A stretch of DNA of 58,048 nucleotides, filler included, from Bipalium vagum (taxonomy: Eukaryota): NCBI GenBank assembly GCA_037834085.1. It is 3 parts of 3 records of this genome, joined end to end, with 100 filler letters (N's around TTAATTAATTAA, not from the genome) between each part and the next. Parts side by side here need not be neighbours in the genome. Positions count along the whole stretch, not along the records: positions 21,293 to 40,772 come from JBBMKC010002258.1; positions 40,873 to 58,048 come from JBBMKC010075926.1; 1 more part is not named here. One strand, 5' to 3'. The notes beneath the pieces were generated by a model. It had not been told where the DNA came from. It made no database searches and was given only the letters and a program-made list of their open reading frames with translations. The translations under genes were made by a program, and so were the position numbers. Below, piece after piece: positions 37,861 to 50,203 of this stretch; positions within the stretch are counted from its first letter, which is position 1, and every line of letters begins with the position of its first letter.

Positions 37861-40772
37861 ATTAACAATATTCACGACCTTTTTTCGTAATATTGAGGAT
37901 TGGAATCTACAAGGACTTTGAAATGACTGTTATCAGACTAAAATGTTAAGTTAATTAGAATCCTTCAACCAAGTTTACCAATGACTGATTTTGTTTATGT
38001 AGAAGTATGCGATCGAACAGTCTTATTACAAAATTCATTTGAATTTGGTTTTATGGTCATTTTTGACAGTAATTTTCAGATTATTGTCTGGTTTCAATGA
38101 ATCAATTTATAATAAATAACTCCTTAGTCTTATCAAATGCTAGAAATTTGTTTCTGAGGTTCAAGATTTTGTTGTTATCCTGAAGTTTGTGTGTTGATCT
38201 CAATTCAAATATTTTTTCTTGTGGTTGGAAAATTGAAGTACAGTTATCATGTTCATTATCGGTTATAACGCATGACAAGATTTTTTCTCCAGACAATTCG
38301 CGATTTCTTGACAAAAATTTTCATGCAGCAATTAATTTATGCAATCTATCAAAATCTCATCACATAAATCAAAATTAATCTTCATAGATCGAGAAAGCAT
38401 AGGTGCCCAGTACTTTCACTAAATGTAACTTTCTCATCATATATTTATAGAAATATTTGTCGGATTTACCCATCGATTAAACTCGAACAATAAAATATAA
38501 AATATCTTCATAAGCTGAATTAACATTATTTTTAAATAATAAAATTAGAAACGAACTTCTGTATTGATTAATTAATTCTTTAAATTTTGTTTATTTATTG
38601 ATAATTTAGTGAAATTTGATAAAGATATTGTATTTATTATTAATCCAATAAAAACATTAAAATAATTTTAACAAAATCATAAATTATCAAAGTTCCAAGT
38701 TTTTAAAATATAAAAACCGAGTTCCATTTTTATACATAAGTACCTTTAATATTAAACAAAAGTTAATGTATAATGAAAAACTTTGGACAAATATTCGAGG
38801 GTTTTCTGTTAAGAAATAATACAGAAATTTTATCTGCGACAAAAAAAGTTCACAAAGATTAATAATAATTAAGTACCAACCGGTTAATTCATATTTCACA
38901 CAACTCAGAGTTTTATTCATCTAGCAAATTTTTGAATTTTTTTTATAAAGATTAGAAATCTTAAGAAACTTGTCAGCTATAAAAATTATTTTTTATCAAC
39001 CCTTGTATCATTTGTTAAAGCCATAAACCAGTCAAATGGATACTGTAAAGAGTGTCAGATAAATATATTGCGAACCTTTTAAATTTTGGCTTAGTGCACC
39101 ACAATGTAAGGAAATGATAAAAATGTCTTTTAAAGAATTCGGCATTTGATAATAGCAAAAAATTCTTTCGGTTGCTGTACAAAAAGGATTTCTTAAAAAA
39201 GTAGTCTAAAGCCATTCAAAATACGTGTATATTTCAGTAAAAATTAATAATCAATATGAACTTTTACCTTTTGAAAATTTAGGACTTACTATTTAGATTA
39301 GTTTTATTTTTTACATATAATTGTTTCATACCCTTAGATTCTTCCTGTGCAATATTTATATTTTGGGAGTTCAATGATTAAAATGTGACTAACTCAATCT
39401 TGGATGAGTACTTGTATAATGTCCTTTAATCAACGTAATTTTCACTAAAATAATAAGGTCAGATTTCATACGTAGAGACTTCTATCCATATATTAAGATA
39501 AAATGTACCTAAGAAGGCAAATGTTTTCTAATTGTGGAGGAATTTCGTTTTACCATTTATCAAAGAAATATATAAACTTATTTGTAAAATATTTTTCAAG
39601 CTAATATTGTGTACTCATTTAAATGTAATTCTTTTAATATATATAGGGGAGACAGAGTACTTCAGAACAAGTATTAGTGAAAATTGGCAATCAAGCAGAA
39701 CCAGGAAAGTCTTAGGCCATTCTATGAATTGCGTTGTACGAAAATTTTAGGTCAGTGCAGAATAATTTAGAGTAATTATGAGAAATTTCGATAATAACGA
39801 TGAACGAAAGATGTACGAATCATTATTAATAAAAGACAGAGAAAATAGGCATTAATATTCACATTGGAAAAAGTAAAAATCAATGGATTATCAGTGTGTT
39901 CTCTGATTAATTAAAAATACTTTTTAAAAATGAATAATATTATATTTCACCAATCAGAATTTGATAAAATATTTTAATAAAAATTTAAACAATCTTTTGA
40001 TAGATTTAAATTTTTAACATAAATTATTGACGAAAAACTGAAAAAAGGTTCAAAAAGTGTTTCATTATGTTAATTTTTAACAAATTTTGTCGCAAATTGA
40101 TAAAAAGCGTTTATTCGAAAAATAAATAAATATATAAAATAAATATGTAATATTATAACAATTTTTCCATAATAAAAATCATTTTTTCAAATGTCTTTCA
40201 GTTGTGAGTGGAGAAAAATAATCATTTTGTTTTCTGATAATGCTAATATTTTCACATCATTATTAATCCTTAATTTTTCGCAAGTTTATTAAAAGGTATA
40301 TTAAAAATATGTTTATTAATAATTAATGATTTAAATGTATTTATCGAAAATATCGTTGTATATTTTTTGGGACTGTCTTGATATTTGATTAAGTCTTCAT
40401 TGGTCGAGTATTGTTAATATTAAGGAAATTCATTATTTCGCGAAAAATTAAACAGAATCGAAAACTGAATTATTTAAGATTTTCGACCTTCATTATTAGA
40501 GAAATAGAATATATTTTATGCGTCCTAGATTTATATTAATGTCACATATGATTAATTCCCTTTGTTATTTCAAATAATATAATATTCTTCTGGCTTAAAA
40601 TATCAAATATCGCCTTATTCGCCAAAGATTAACAGCCGTTTATTCTGGTGTAATGAATTGTTTATGAGTCTTTAGAATCAATTTTTATTATCACAAAATA
40701 GCCGACATTATATATATGGCTCTTAGCCCAGATCTCTATAATTTTATTCAGTTAGTCACTAAATAATAATAA

Positions 40773-40872
40773 NNNNNNNNNNNNNNNNNNNNNNNNNNNN
40801 NNNNNNNNNNNNNNNNTTAATTAATTAANNNNNNNNNNNNNNNNNNNNNNNNNNNNNNNNNNNNNNNNNNNN
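40773..40872. other. Artificial contig spacer (44 N + TTAATTAATTAA + 44 N)
   Basis: Identical to 21193-21292. Confidence 0.95.

Positions 40873-40940
<68 letters not shown>
40873..40940. repeat. (AAT)n microsatellite at contig end
   Basis: Direct reading. Confidence 0.97.
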
Positions 40941-40942
<2 letters not shown>

Positions 40943-41595
40943 TTCAATAATAAAATTAATTTAATTATGAAAATCACACTTTTAATTAATACTAATAATA
41001 ATGACAATAATTCCAAAAAAATAATAAATATTATCTAATCTCTACAATTAGTACCAGTGTGTTAAAAATATGCTTTTCTTTAGTTAAAGGGGGAATGTAT
41101 TTCCTATGATGAGCGATTGGACAACAATCGAGTAAACAACTTGCCAATACAAATATATAAATACGGGGGTTTTCTACGAACTGTCGAGATAATTGTTTTG
41201 GGAGATCGTTTTTAAAGTTTTAGAAAAGTTGAGAAAAATCCAAAGATCTTATTTATTGAATATCAAAAGTATCAGAAAAATGGTTTTTAAAAATTTCATT
41301 TGTTCAATTTCACTGTCAGAAGATTCATTAGATAACCGTTATTTTCTTCTCAAGAATTGGGCCGTTTTTATGATTTTTTGGTTTGATTTATTATTTTTTT
41401 GACTCGTATATTGCTTCGTGATAATTTTTATTGAGTGAAATTGTGAATTTTCTTTTATACAACTAAGGTTTATTGTGATTATTTTGATTCATATAAGAAA
41501 ACTTTAATAAAAATAAGTGAATGGTGATTAAAGTTTAAGATTATAACTTAACAAATGTTAAGGATAATTAATTATAAAAATATTACCTCACTTAT

Positions 41596-42500
41596 GTTGG
41601 GTTGGCCAAAGGTACAAACCATGAAGATCGTGAATAGTAATGATCTAGGTCGCTTCGCTAGATCATTATATATAGGCTGACCAACTCCCTCAAAAGGCAG
41701 TGTAAATAATAAAAGATTCATGAATAAACAAAGCGATCAGCAGTATATTTGTTATCACAACTGCAAGATTTGAAATCTAATTCACACTCAATATTCAACA
41801 ATAAAAACAATAAGCTATTTAATTAATAAAATACTTTGTTGAAGAAGTCCTGTTAACAAAAGTTCATATTTTGTCGCCTAGAGCGAAGCAGAATTGAAGT
41901 ACCAAAAGAAGAATAAAAGAATATAAGATAATATTAAAAAGTTAGTGATGAAAAGAATCTACTTCTATCACTAAATAAACCTTAATTAATTATTTATTTT
42001 ATCGGTTAAACACTTTTGGAATTAATACAAATTCCTTATCTATTATTATTACCGGAGTCTTAAGAGCTTTTTAAATAGATATCAAATCGTATTCAAAGTT
42101 GTTAAGGGCATCTTGAATTGAAAACTAAGAGTTTATATATTCCTATTTTCCACATTCTAGAGCTTCTCATTGGCTGTATTCTAACTTATTAATAATAAAT
42201 TTATGTGTGGGCGGTTTTTATTTGAGGTAAGTTTTACTTCCTAATAATAGAGTTATGGTGGTTACTTTTTTAAATAAGTTCTTTTTTTTAAAACTTACAA
42301 TATTTAGTAATTTTACTCCCACATCCTTTATTTCATAAATTTTGATAATAATAATTAATCACGTTGGTCATATTTTTAATTAATATTTTAAACTCACATT
42401 TTATATATTATATTTAAAAAATTATATTATATTTTAACATTATTATTTATTTATAAAATGATAATTTTTAATTATTTTAAACAATATTTTCACATATAAA
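41596..42500 (-). mobile_element. Solo-LTR-like element with intact-looking Pol II promoter
   Basis: Minus strand order: CCGCCC (~42210), GCCAAT (~42172), TATATAAA (~42135). A terminal TGTTGGG sits at 41596 and there is strong A/T skew. The right boundary and TSD were not resolved. Confidence 0.4.
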
Positions 42501-42849
42501 ATATAAATTCACATTCATTTCTGAGAATTATTAAAAATAAGAAACTAGGCTTTACAAAGCCTTTTCATGCACATTAATTAATGTAAAATAAAATCAAATA
42601 TCAAATGGAAAAATGTTCCAATATCGATTATTAATTTCGAAAGCTGTCATCACTCTCCATTGGCTCTTAATGCTCCTTGATATTGTCAGCGATTTTCTTT
42701 CTTGGAGGTTTGTGTTGGTTTAGTCTGATTTTTTTTACCAGCTTTACTTTAGATCCAAACAATATTTTAATAATAAATATTAAAAAAAGCAATATATCAA
42801 AATCTCGTCATCGAGAAAATAATATATAGCTTCATTAATTATTATTTCC

Positions 42850-43667
42850 TGAAAGAAGATATGTCCCGTCATGGGGACTATAATTTTTTTAATAAATTAT
42901 TTTATCGACTATTTTATCTCGGCTGGAGATTAATGGCTATAAAGAGACGGCCATTCTTAAGAAGCCACCCAGAAAACATTGGAAAATTAGAGAAGATTAT
43001 TTTCAATACAGTCGCAAAGAGTGGATTATTTTCAGGATAGTCGTTACAGTTTCCAAAGAAGAAGATCATCGCTGTTTTAGTAATTTTCAATTATTTTCAT
43101 TTATGTTGATGATGACGATGCAAACTGATTTACCAAGGGAGCCCAGTGAGTTTGGAAATCCCTAGGTGAATTGAAAAGGACCTAGAGGACGACCCAAAAG
43201 CCTCTTGTCGCTCCTGATGAGGTTGTTATTGATTTACTTTTATTTTCTTTTTGTGATTTATTCTATATTCTCATAAATTGTTTCATTATTATATTACATT
43301 CATTTCTGATCATTTAATATTAAGGAAAGTTGACTTATTATTATTATATTTTTATTGACATTGGATCACTGGGTCTCGTAATTTATAGAAACTTAATTAT
43401 TTGACAGATTGAGATTTTTGTGTGATGATTTTTTTGTGTTTTAATGAAATTTTACTGTGATCGTTTTGATTCAATTTGGGGAGCGAATAAGGTTTTATTG
43501 TGGATTTTGATTCAATTGAGTTTAAATTTGTGTAACAGTAAAAGTGAAGCGAATAAAACATTAGAAAGTGAGAAGTTATCGATTTTTGAGCGAAAGTTAT
43601 TTGTTTCAAGGTATAATAACACTTACAAAGATTTATTTTGTGTATTAGTAAGACTCCGGCCTTTACA
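42850..43667 (+). mobile_element. Solo LTR-like element A
   Basis: Termini TG(-)AAAG...CTTTACA, TATAAAG at ~42938 and AATAAA at ~43552. Shares hairpins and an ~90-nt block with 47595-48627. No clean TSD. Confidence 0.6.
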
Positions 43668-45830
43668 AAATGAGTTAAAATTTGTGATTCATTGAATAAA
43701 TTAAATAAGTGTCATATATTACTTGTAAGATTACGTCAGAATTCAGGATAATTCTATTGGAAATAATTACTTAGAAGGTGCAAACTAGGAAGTCTTGCAA
43801 CACCAGTCATATTCACCAGATATTGGTCCTCCGGTGTTCCATTTGTTCCGCTCAATGCAATCCTCGCTTCTTGAGTTCCGATGAAGACCTTCAAAAATAG
43901 ATTTCTTCAAAAGAACCAGATTTTTTTTCTTGAATTCCATTTGTTGCCCTAAAAATGGTCCTGAAAAAGTGTTCCTCCTTCGACTAAGCTCGTTTATAGT
44001 TAGAGCACATTTTGTATTTCCTTGCAGATCCAATATAGTTTTATTTGACTTTTAAAAACTTATTTTTGATTGTAATGTGAGTTCTTATACATTTAAAAAA
44101 ATTCACTCTTATTAATAACACAAGACTGAACTTATTATTTCTTTCTTTCCGCATCTAAAAGGCATTCTACAACGAATTTCAATCATTCAAATCAAAATCG
44201 TACAGTTCATGGAACTAATGGAGCTTTTGCACTCATTGTGAATATTAAAATGTATCAGAGAATCATTTATTCTTTTTCTTATTTGGGCTTCCAAAGTGAG
44301 TTCAATTAATAAATAATTATTTTTGACCATTTTTATTGCCTCTTCATTTACAATTCGCCTCAAAAAATCAACAAGAGGACAATTTTTAAGTAACCATCTC
44401 TCGTAGTTAAAAATATCTTCGAAGTGTTCACGCTGATTTTTTTTCTAATTTCTTTTAGCAAGGTCGCGAAAATCGTTTTGGGTATTTTCCGTTAATTTTT
44501 CTTATTACTTATTAAAATTTGGGCATGGATTAGCCCTTATTTTTCATTTTTGTTAATTATAATCTAAAAAAATTGTCTAGGAATTTAAGATATATCCACG
44601 TGGAAATATGTCTAGGTAATAAAAATAAAATAAAAATCAATTCATTTACTCATGAAAATCAAATTTCCAGTTAATTAAAACATTTTTAGATTTAATTTAA
44701 CTTTGCAATTTGTTTTAATTAATAAATAATTTTGATTTACTTTAATGAATATTTTTCTGTTTTATCAAAACCGGAATATAAAATTTGTTGAACATTTCAT
44801 TTGAATTTCATTTTATTTGTTTGACATTTTTACATTGGTTAATTTATGGATAAAACCGTAAATTGATTTATTATTTAAAACTTTGACTTATTGTTATATT
44901 TAATGTCATTAAATTAGATATTTAATGGTTTTATTCAAATATAAGATAAGAAATATTAAGAAAACTTTAGGTTAATTCAATAAGAAAAATGAAACATTGG
45001 ATAAACTTCCGTATTTCTTAATAAAATATTTAAAATAAAATAAAATAATAAAATACCCTATTCGAAACTTTTTTGTGCTTTAAGTGATCTTACTAAAGGT
45101 AGACTAATTGAAGGTTGCTGATTTAAAAAATGATATTCATTGCATCACACCAAATTTCTAAGATACCTGACTATTTAATAATATTAACAATGTTAATTAA
45201 AAATACAAAAGGAATTTGTATAAATGTTTATTGAGACATGATTTTGCAGAAATTTCTCTTTTGCAACGTTTTTCAGACAGCAGCAATAATGTTGCTACTG
45301 TCAGTTATTGATTATTCTTTTTATAACCGGAATGTCTTAGTGAAATCTTTCACCTTGTTCTTCGCTATAATCGCCACAATTATTCGGAAAATACTCCAAA
45401 TGGGAGTATCATAAAATGAACTTTGAGACTCATATTGCATCTTAAAACCTTGAATACTTGTAACATTATATGTACAATATCTTCATAATTGATTCGTTTG
45501 ATGTTATCCTTGAAAGCTAATCACTTATGTTTTTCATTTTCTATCATTTTTGTAACGAAATTTGAGTCTTACATGAAACGTTTTACGTCTAACACTGTAA
45601 ATATTCCTGCTAAAAGTTTGTCGCTTGTAATTTTTTATTTTTTATTTTCCCCATAATGAATATACGGAAATTTTTCTTCAAAGAGGAGGGAAACGTAGGA
45701 AATATATTCAGAAACATTTAGTTAAATTGTATAGCAATATACATATGTATAATATAATATTACTGTTACGTAATATATTTTTATTTTAAAATTTTGTTTA
45801 AATAAAGGTGATGATTTATTAAGTTAAGAA

Positions 45831-46772
45831 ATGATTAGACTTGTCATTGCTTTGACCATCTCACTATTTGCTGCTGTCCAAGGGGTAATGACAATTTTAA
45901 AATTTTGCTAAATTATTAAAACTATTTTCAGTTTTCTGGAATAATATTATTTATTTCATCTCTTGTTATGCTTATACCTGCCACTATGACTCCAGTCATG
46001 GAACCAAATAGTCCATTTGTGATAATCTTCCTAACGATAATATGTGTTTCTTTATATAAGATCGTCAACTCTATAATCGTTCTAGTGGCAATGAAAAGAA
46101 GGAGTTCCCTTATTTTAAAGATAGGCGGAACAATGTTAATGATTCTGCTGATATTTAAGATCACTGTTGCTTCAGGATACCTTAGTAAAGGCATTGAGGT
46201 TTGATTTTTCTTCCTGGAAATCAAGATACTTACTTAATTCTAGATGGAACCGGAAATCGAAAAGTTTCTCAACGATTCAGTTGCAGATAAAATAATGTAC
46301 AAATCATCAAACCTTCTCAGACCGGCTGATATAATCCAATTTTCCGTTCGTTTTGGTGTTATTGAATAACTAATTTTATTACATTTTAGTTTAAATGTTG
46401 CGGATCGGTAAATTACAATGATTACAAAATGTTAAAGGAAGAATTGCCCAAATCATGTTGTCCATCGTTTGGAGGCTGTGACAAGATGGCTGTGAAGTCG
46501 GACATGCCAGACTTGGTAAATAATTTTAATAGAATTAATATTTATTATCAATTAAATCTATCATTTAGAGAACTGGATGCAAAGATCCAATCTATACACT
46601 TTTGTTTCGAAAATCAAATTTGTTAATTGCTCTTTTGGGAGCATTTCTTTTGTTGCTGGACGGGACATTCGTCGGACTTTGTTTGGGATTTCCCTTTAAA
46701 AGAAACCCAATACAAAATGAAAACTTTACACCGGTTAATATCCTCAATTCAGAGTTATCATCCGTCGTTTAA
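45831..46772 (+). CDS. Tetraspanin, divergent, 5 exons, 250 aa
   Basis: Exons 45831-45884, 45932-46198, 46244-46345, 46390-46515 and 46569-46772. GT-AG introns of 47/45/44/53 nt, all phase 0. Four TM segments, and EC2 with DIIQFSFKCCG, LPKSCC, C and TGC (6 Cys). AATAAA directly follows the stop. Confidence 0.92.
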
Positions 46773-47594
46773 AATAAATCAATATTTTTGAGGTAGAATA
46801 ATAAATTTTATTATTATTTTTATAATAATTATTATTTCTATTATTTAATTGAAGTCAAGTTTATGACACAAAGATAGGACCAAAGTTTAACATTAAAACA
46901 AAATTAAGAATATTTTTCAGTCTCATAATCATTTGTAAGTAACATTTCCTATGGTTTTCTGATAATACTAAATTAAAGCAGCGTTAAACATTTAATATGT
47001 AAAAGGTAATTAGTGGTATAAATCGGGCCAGGATAGTTCACGAGCGTAAATCTAGAGAATCCAACAAATTAGAGTTAATAGGAACGACTGAGCCACAAGA
47101 GAACAATAACATTCTCTGAAATGTGGTCTCTTGAAAAAACTCCACTTTACTTGAATGTTTCATATTTTTTTTTGTGCTTCGGTTAAACAATCATTAAAAA
47201 GCAACTAGAATATTTTTGCGGAAATAATTTTTTTCTTTTTTTGCGGAATTGATTCGCACAGAGTATACAAAGCTGGGCTTTGTATGTACCCAACTTGATT
47301 CAATGGTTTTAGTGTGAGCACCTGTTTCACATCATTCAAATTAATGGAATGATTTTAATGATTCAAGCAATTAATTCAAGCAATTTTATGACCTCAAATA
47401 GTATACATTCACACACAGCAATCTCTGTAAAGCAGTTTTTGACATAGTTGACATACAGAAAAAAAAGTGTGACGTTACTGATTTTGTTACAGTGAAAATT
47501 AAATTTTGTTATTGATACTGTTATTGGTATATGTACCTTTTAAAAAATTACGTTGAGTTACGGTACAATATTTATATATAAAAGTTTTATCTAA

Positions 47595-48627
47595 TAGAAA
47601 TGTTGGGTTTTGGAGCAATAATAATGAGGATAATAATAATAGTAATGGTAATTATAAAAAAATATTAAAAATATAATAATTAGTTATAATAATAAAAATT
47701 AATTATATTATTTTGTTTTGCAATTTAATAATAACAATAATAATGATAATAAGAATTTTTAAATGATAGTAATAGGAATAATAATAGTAATTTTTAATTA
47801 ATAATAATAATAATAAAAATTTTCTTTACTAAATAATTTTTTTAAAATAATTTTTTTGTCATTTTCATAATGACAAAATCCCGCCGTGGGGATTTTTCGG
47901 CAGATTAGCTAATGGATTCCCTGATAGAATTCCATTAGCCTTGATGAGACTATCTCGGCGTAGAGATAGTTAATGACTATTAGGGAAAATAACCGTCTCT
48001 AAGCGTAGGGATTGGTGATCGTAGACCAATCTCTACGACTATAAAAGAAGATGACTATTCCCGTCAATTTGCACAAGAACGCTGTCCCAAAAACGTTAAT
48101 ACGGAGAACGAAAATTCGAGGAAGCACCAATCTACGAATTCAGAAGGATTACGAGCCGAAGAAAGGATCTCAAGGTATTTCAAGTGGATATGACTACGCA
48201 GGAGAATTCTACAAGGGGACCCAGCGAGCTTGGGAACCCCTAGCGACCTGAGAAGGACCTAGAGGGCGACCCGAGGACCCCTTTTCGCTCTTTGTGAGAC
48301 CGATCCATTTACTTATTTTGTTTTTGTTTTCTTTATTAAATTATTGATTTGATTATATTTTTCTTTATTATTAACGTTGTCATTGAACTTGATTTTATTT
48401 CATTTTATTCGATAATAAATTTTCGGTTTTGATTTGAATTGATTTTGAAGTTGTAATTGTTGTGATAGAGTGAATAAAGTTTTATTTTAAGTATTTTGAT
48501 TCATTTCCTAAGGATGTGGATACGGCATTGTGGCGGGTGTTTTGATTCAAAAAGGTTGAGAGGAATTACGGACACAACGATTTTTAAAAAGTAAGGAGTC
48601 ACGAGCACACGATCACACGTTACTACA
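47595..48627 (+). mobile_element. Solo LTR B (~1.03 kb) of an LTR retrotransposon
   Basis: 5-bp direct repeat TCTAA at 47590-94 and 48628-32. Termini (TG)TAGAAATGT...ACGTTACTACA, with the 5' TG apparently lost. TATAAAAG at 48040 and AATAAA at ~48413/48473. The 5' half is A-rich and the 3' half T-rich. Confidence 0.7.
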
Positions 48628-48726
48628 TCTAAGTATAATAGTAACAGAAATCAGAAAAATAATTAAAAATATGAAATATGAAAATAAAGAATATAAAATT
48701 ATATTTCAGAACATTAGAAATATTTT

Positions 48727-49320
48727 TTAATTACCATCTTTATCTGAGTAATACCTCGCGATTAATAACAGAGAATCTTCAAGAATTAAATCATTCATTA
48801 TATTTCTTCTAGCTGATAGGATCCATTTCAAAATAGAAAATAATCTCTCCACAGAAACTTGTGTTCCTTGTACGACAAGTACTATTTTCGCAATTTTGGC
48901 TAAAATTTCATTTTTTCCAGACTTATTCCAATAATCTAAAATATTAATAGTATCACTTATCGAATGAATTTCTGTATCTCTAAAATCATTAAGCATCTGA
49001 GAAATTTGATTTTCTTTAATATTCTTTGACTCAGCAAATGATGATAATTCTTGGTGTATATATCTTGGTTTAAGTTTTGCTAATTTTAAATTTTTTCCTC
49101 AATTTGACGAATAATATTTGAAAAAACAATTTTCCCCGGAAAAATTAGCATTTCACTAGACAAATCAATATTTTCTTTCAAATTATCTATATTTGCATCA
49201 ATTATAGTTTTCAACGATACATTTTCTATATGATAGTAAAGTTTAGCTAGATTTTGTTTTCAGATATTTTCAAAAGACTAGAAATCTTGAATGTAGATAT
49301 ATGCCTTTATCTTGTAAGCG
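48727..49320 (-). mobile_element. hAT transposase C-terminal (dimerisation domain) relic
   Basis: ILDYW..LAKIAKIVLVVQGTQVSVERLFSILKWILSARRN.M...LE is the hATC signature. Confidence 0.88.
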
Positions 49321-49499
49321 TCTTCCAATGATTCTAATTTTTAAGATTTGAATATTTAAACAAAATAATTACATAAAGTTTTAATTGTAACGAAATTGGA
49401 ACAAAATTAAATTTTCATTTGGTTAAAAATAACGTTATTTGGCTAAATTGAAAATTTGGTTACCGGTGCCAATAAAGTTATAAGGAAAATTGGGGATTT

Positions 49500-49886
49500 T
49501 GCGTTATTGTGTTTCGTTAAAGTAACGGTATGCCAACTGTGGTTTTTTGTTGAAAAAAGAATTACAGCACTGGAATATCCTCCATATTCCCTGATTTATC
49601 ACCCTCTGATTTTTTCTTTTCCAAAAAATAAAATCTGTGGTAAAAAAACTCGTTTTGAGTCATTAGAAGCTGTTAAAAAGAAAACCGAAATGTTATTAAA
49701 ACAGTAGTCAGAAGATGAACTTCAACATGCCTTCAACCAATGGAAAATAAGAATGCTTCGATGTGTGTCTGCCAAAGTAAAATATTTTGGAGATAGATTA
49801 TAAATGTAATGGATTAAATAAATGTATAAATATTGAATATAAATATTCTTTTTGATCCAGTCTCGTTACTTTATAGACAGACCATA
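49500..49886 (+). mobile_element. Mariner 3' fragment (irritans-like)
   Basis: LEYPPYS.., RFESLEAVKK and FNQWKIRMLRCV. TIR CAGTCTCGTTACTTTATAGACAGACC followed by TA. Confidence 0.8.
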
Positions 49887-50203
49887 TATATTAATAATTT
49901 TTGTTCCAGGTGTAATCAATTCCATTTTTTTATAAATTTTTTAAAAAATATTTTTAATTTTTTAAATTTTTAGAGAAAATTAAAACAGAACAATCTGAAA
50001 AATGTTTTATATTATATTAAATGGCATTTCATTTTTTTATTATTCAAAATCAACCTTGTTGTACGAGTATCAAACTTCACTATGGTTTATGATTGAATTA
50101 TGTCCAACTTGAAAGAATTCCCACGAGACACAATTTCTCAAAACATTGGAGAAATGGAATTAGATAAATCACAGTAAAATCTTTATAAACATTATTTACA
50201 AAG

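Noticed and set aside
43214-43240. Hammerhead ribozyme core CTGATGAG (and TTGATGAG plus a stem at 47941)
   Set aside because: No GAAA follows a stem II, and the core is not conserved in the homologous copy (TTTGTGAG).
46789-46810. let-7-like TGAGGTAG seed
   Set aside because: No precursor hairpin; the match decays into AT-rich sequence.
47265-47285. Hairpin ATACAAAGC-tgg-GCTTTGTAT as a Helitron 3' end
   Set aside because: No CTRR terminus at the expected distance, and the hairpin is isolated.
48051-48251. 66-aa ORF downstream of the LTR TATA
   Set aside because: Starts too close to the TATA box, has no motif, and is not evidently preserved in LTR A.
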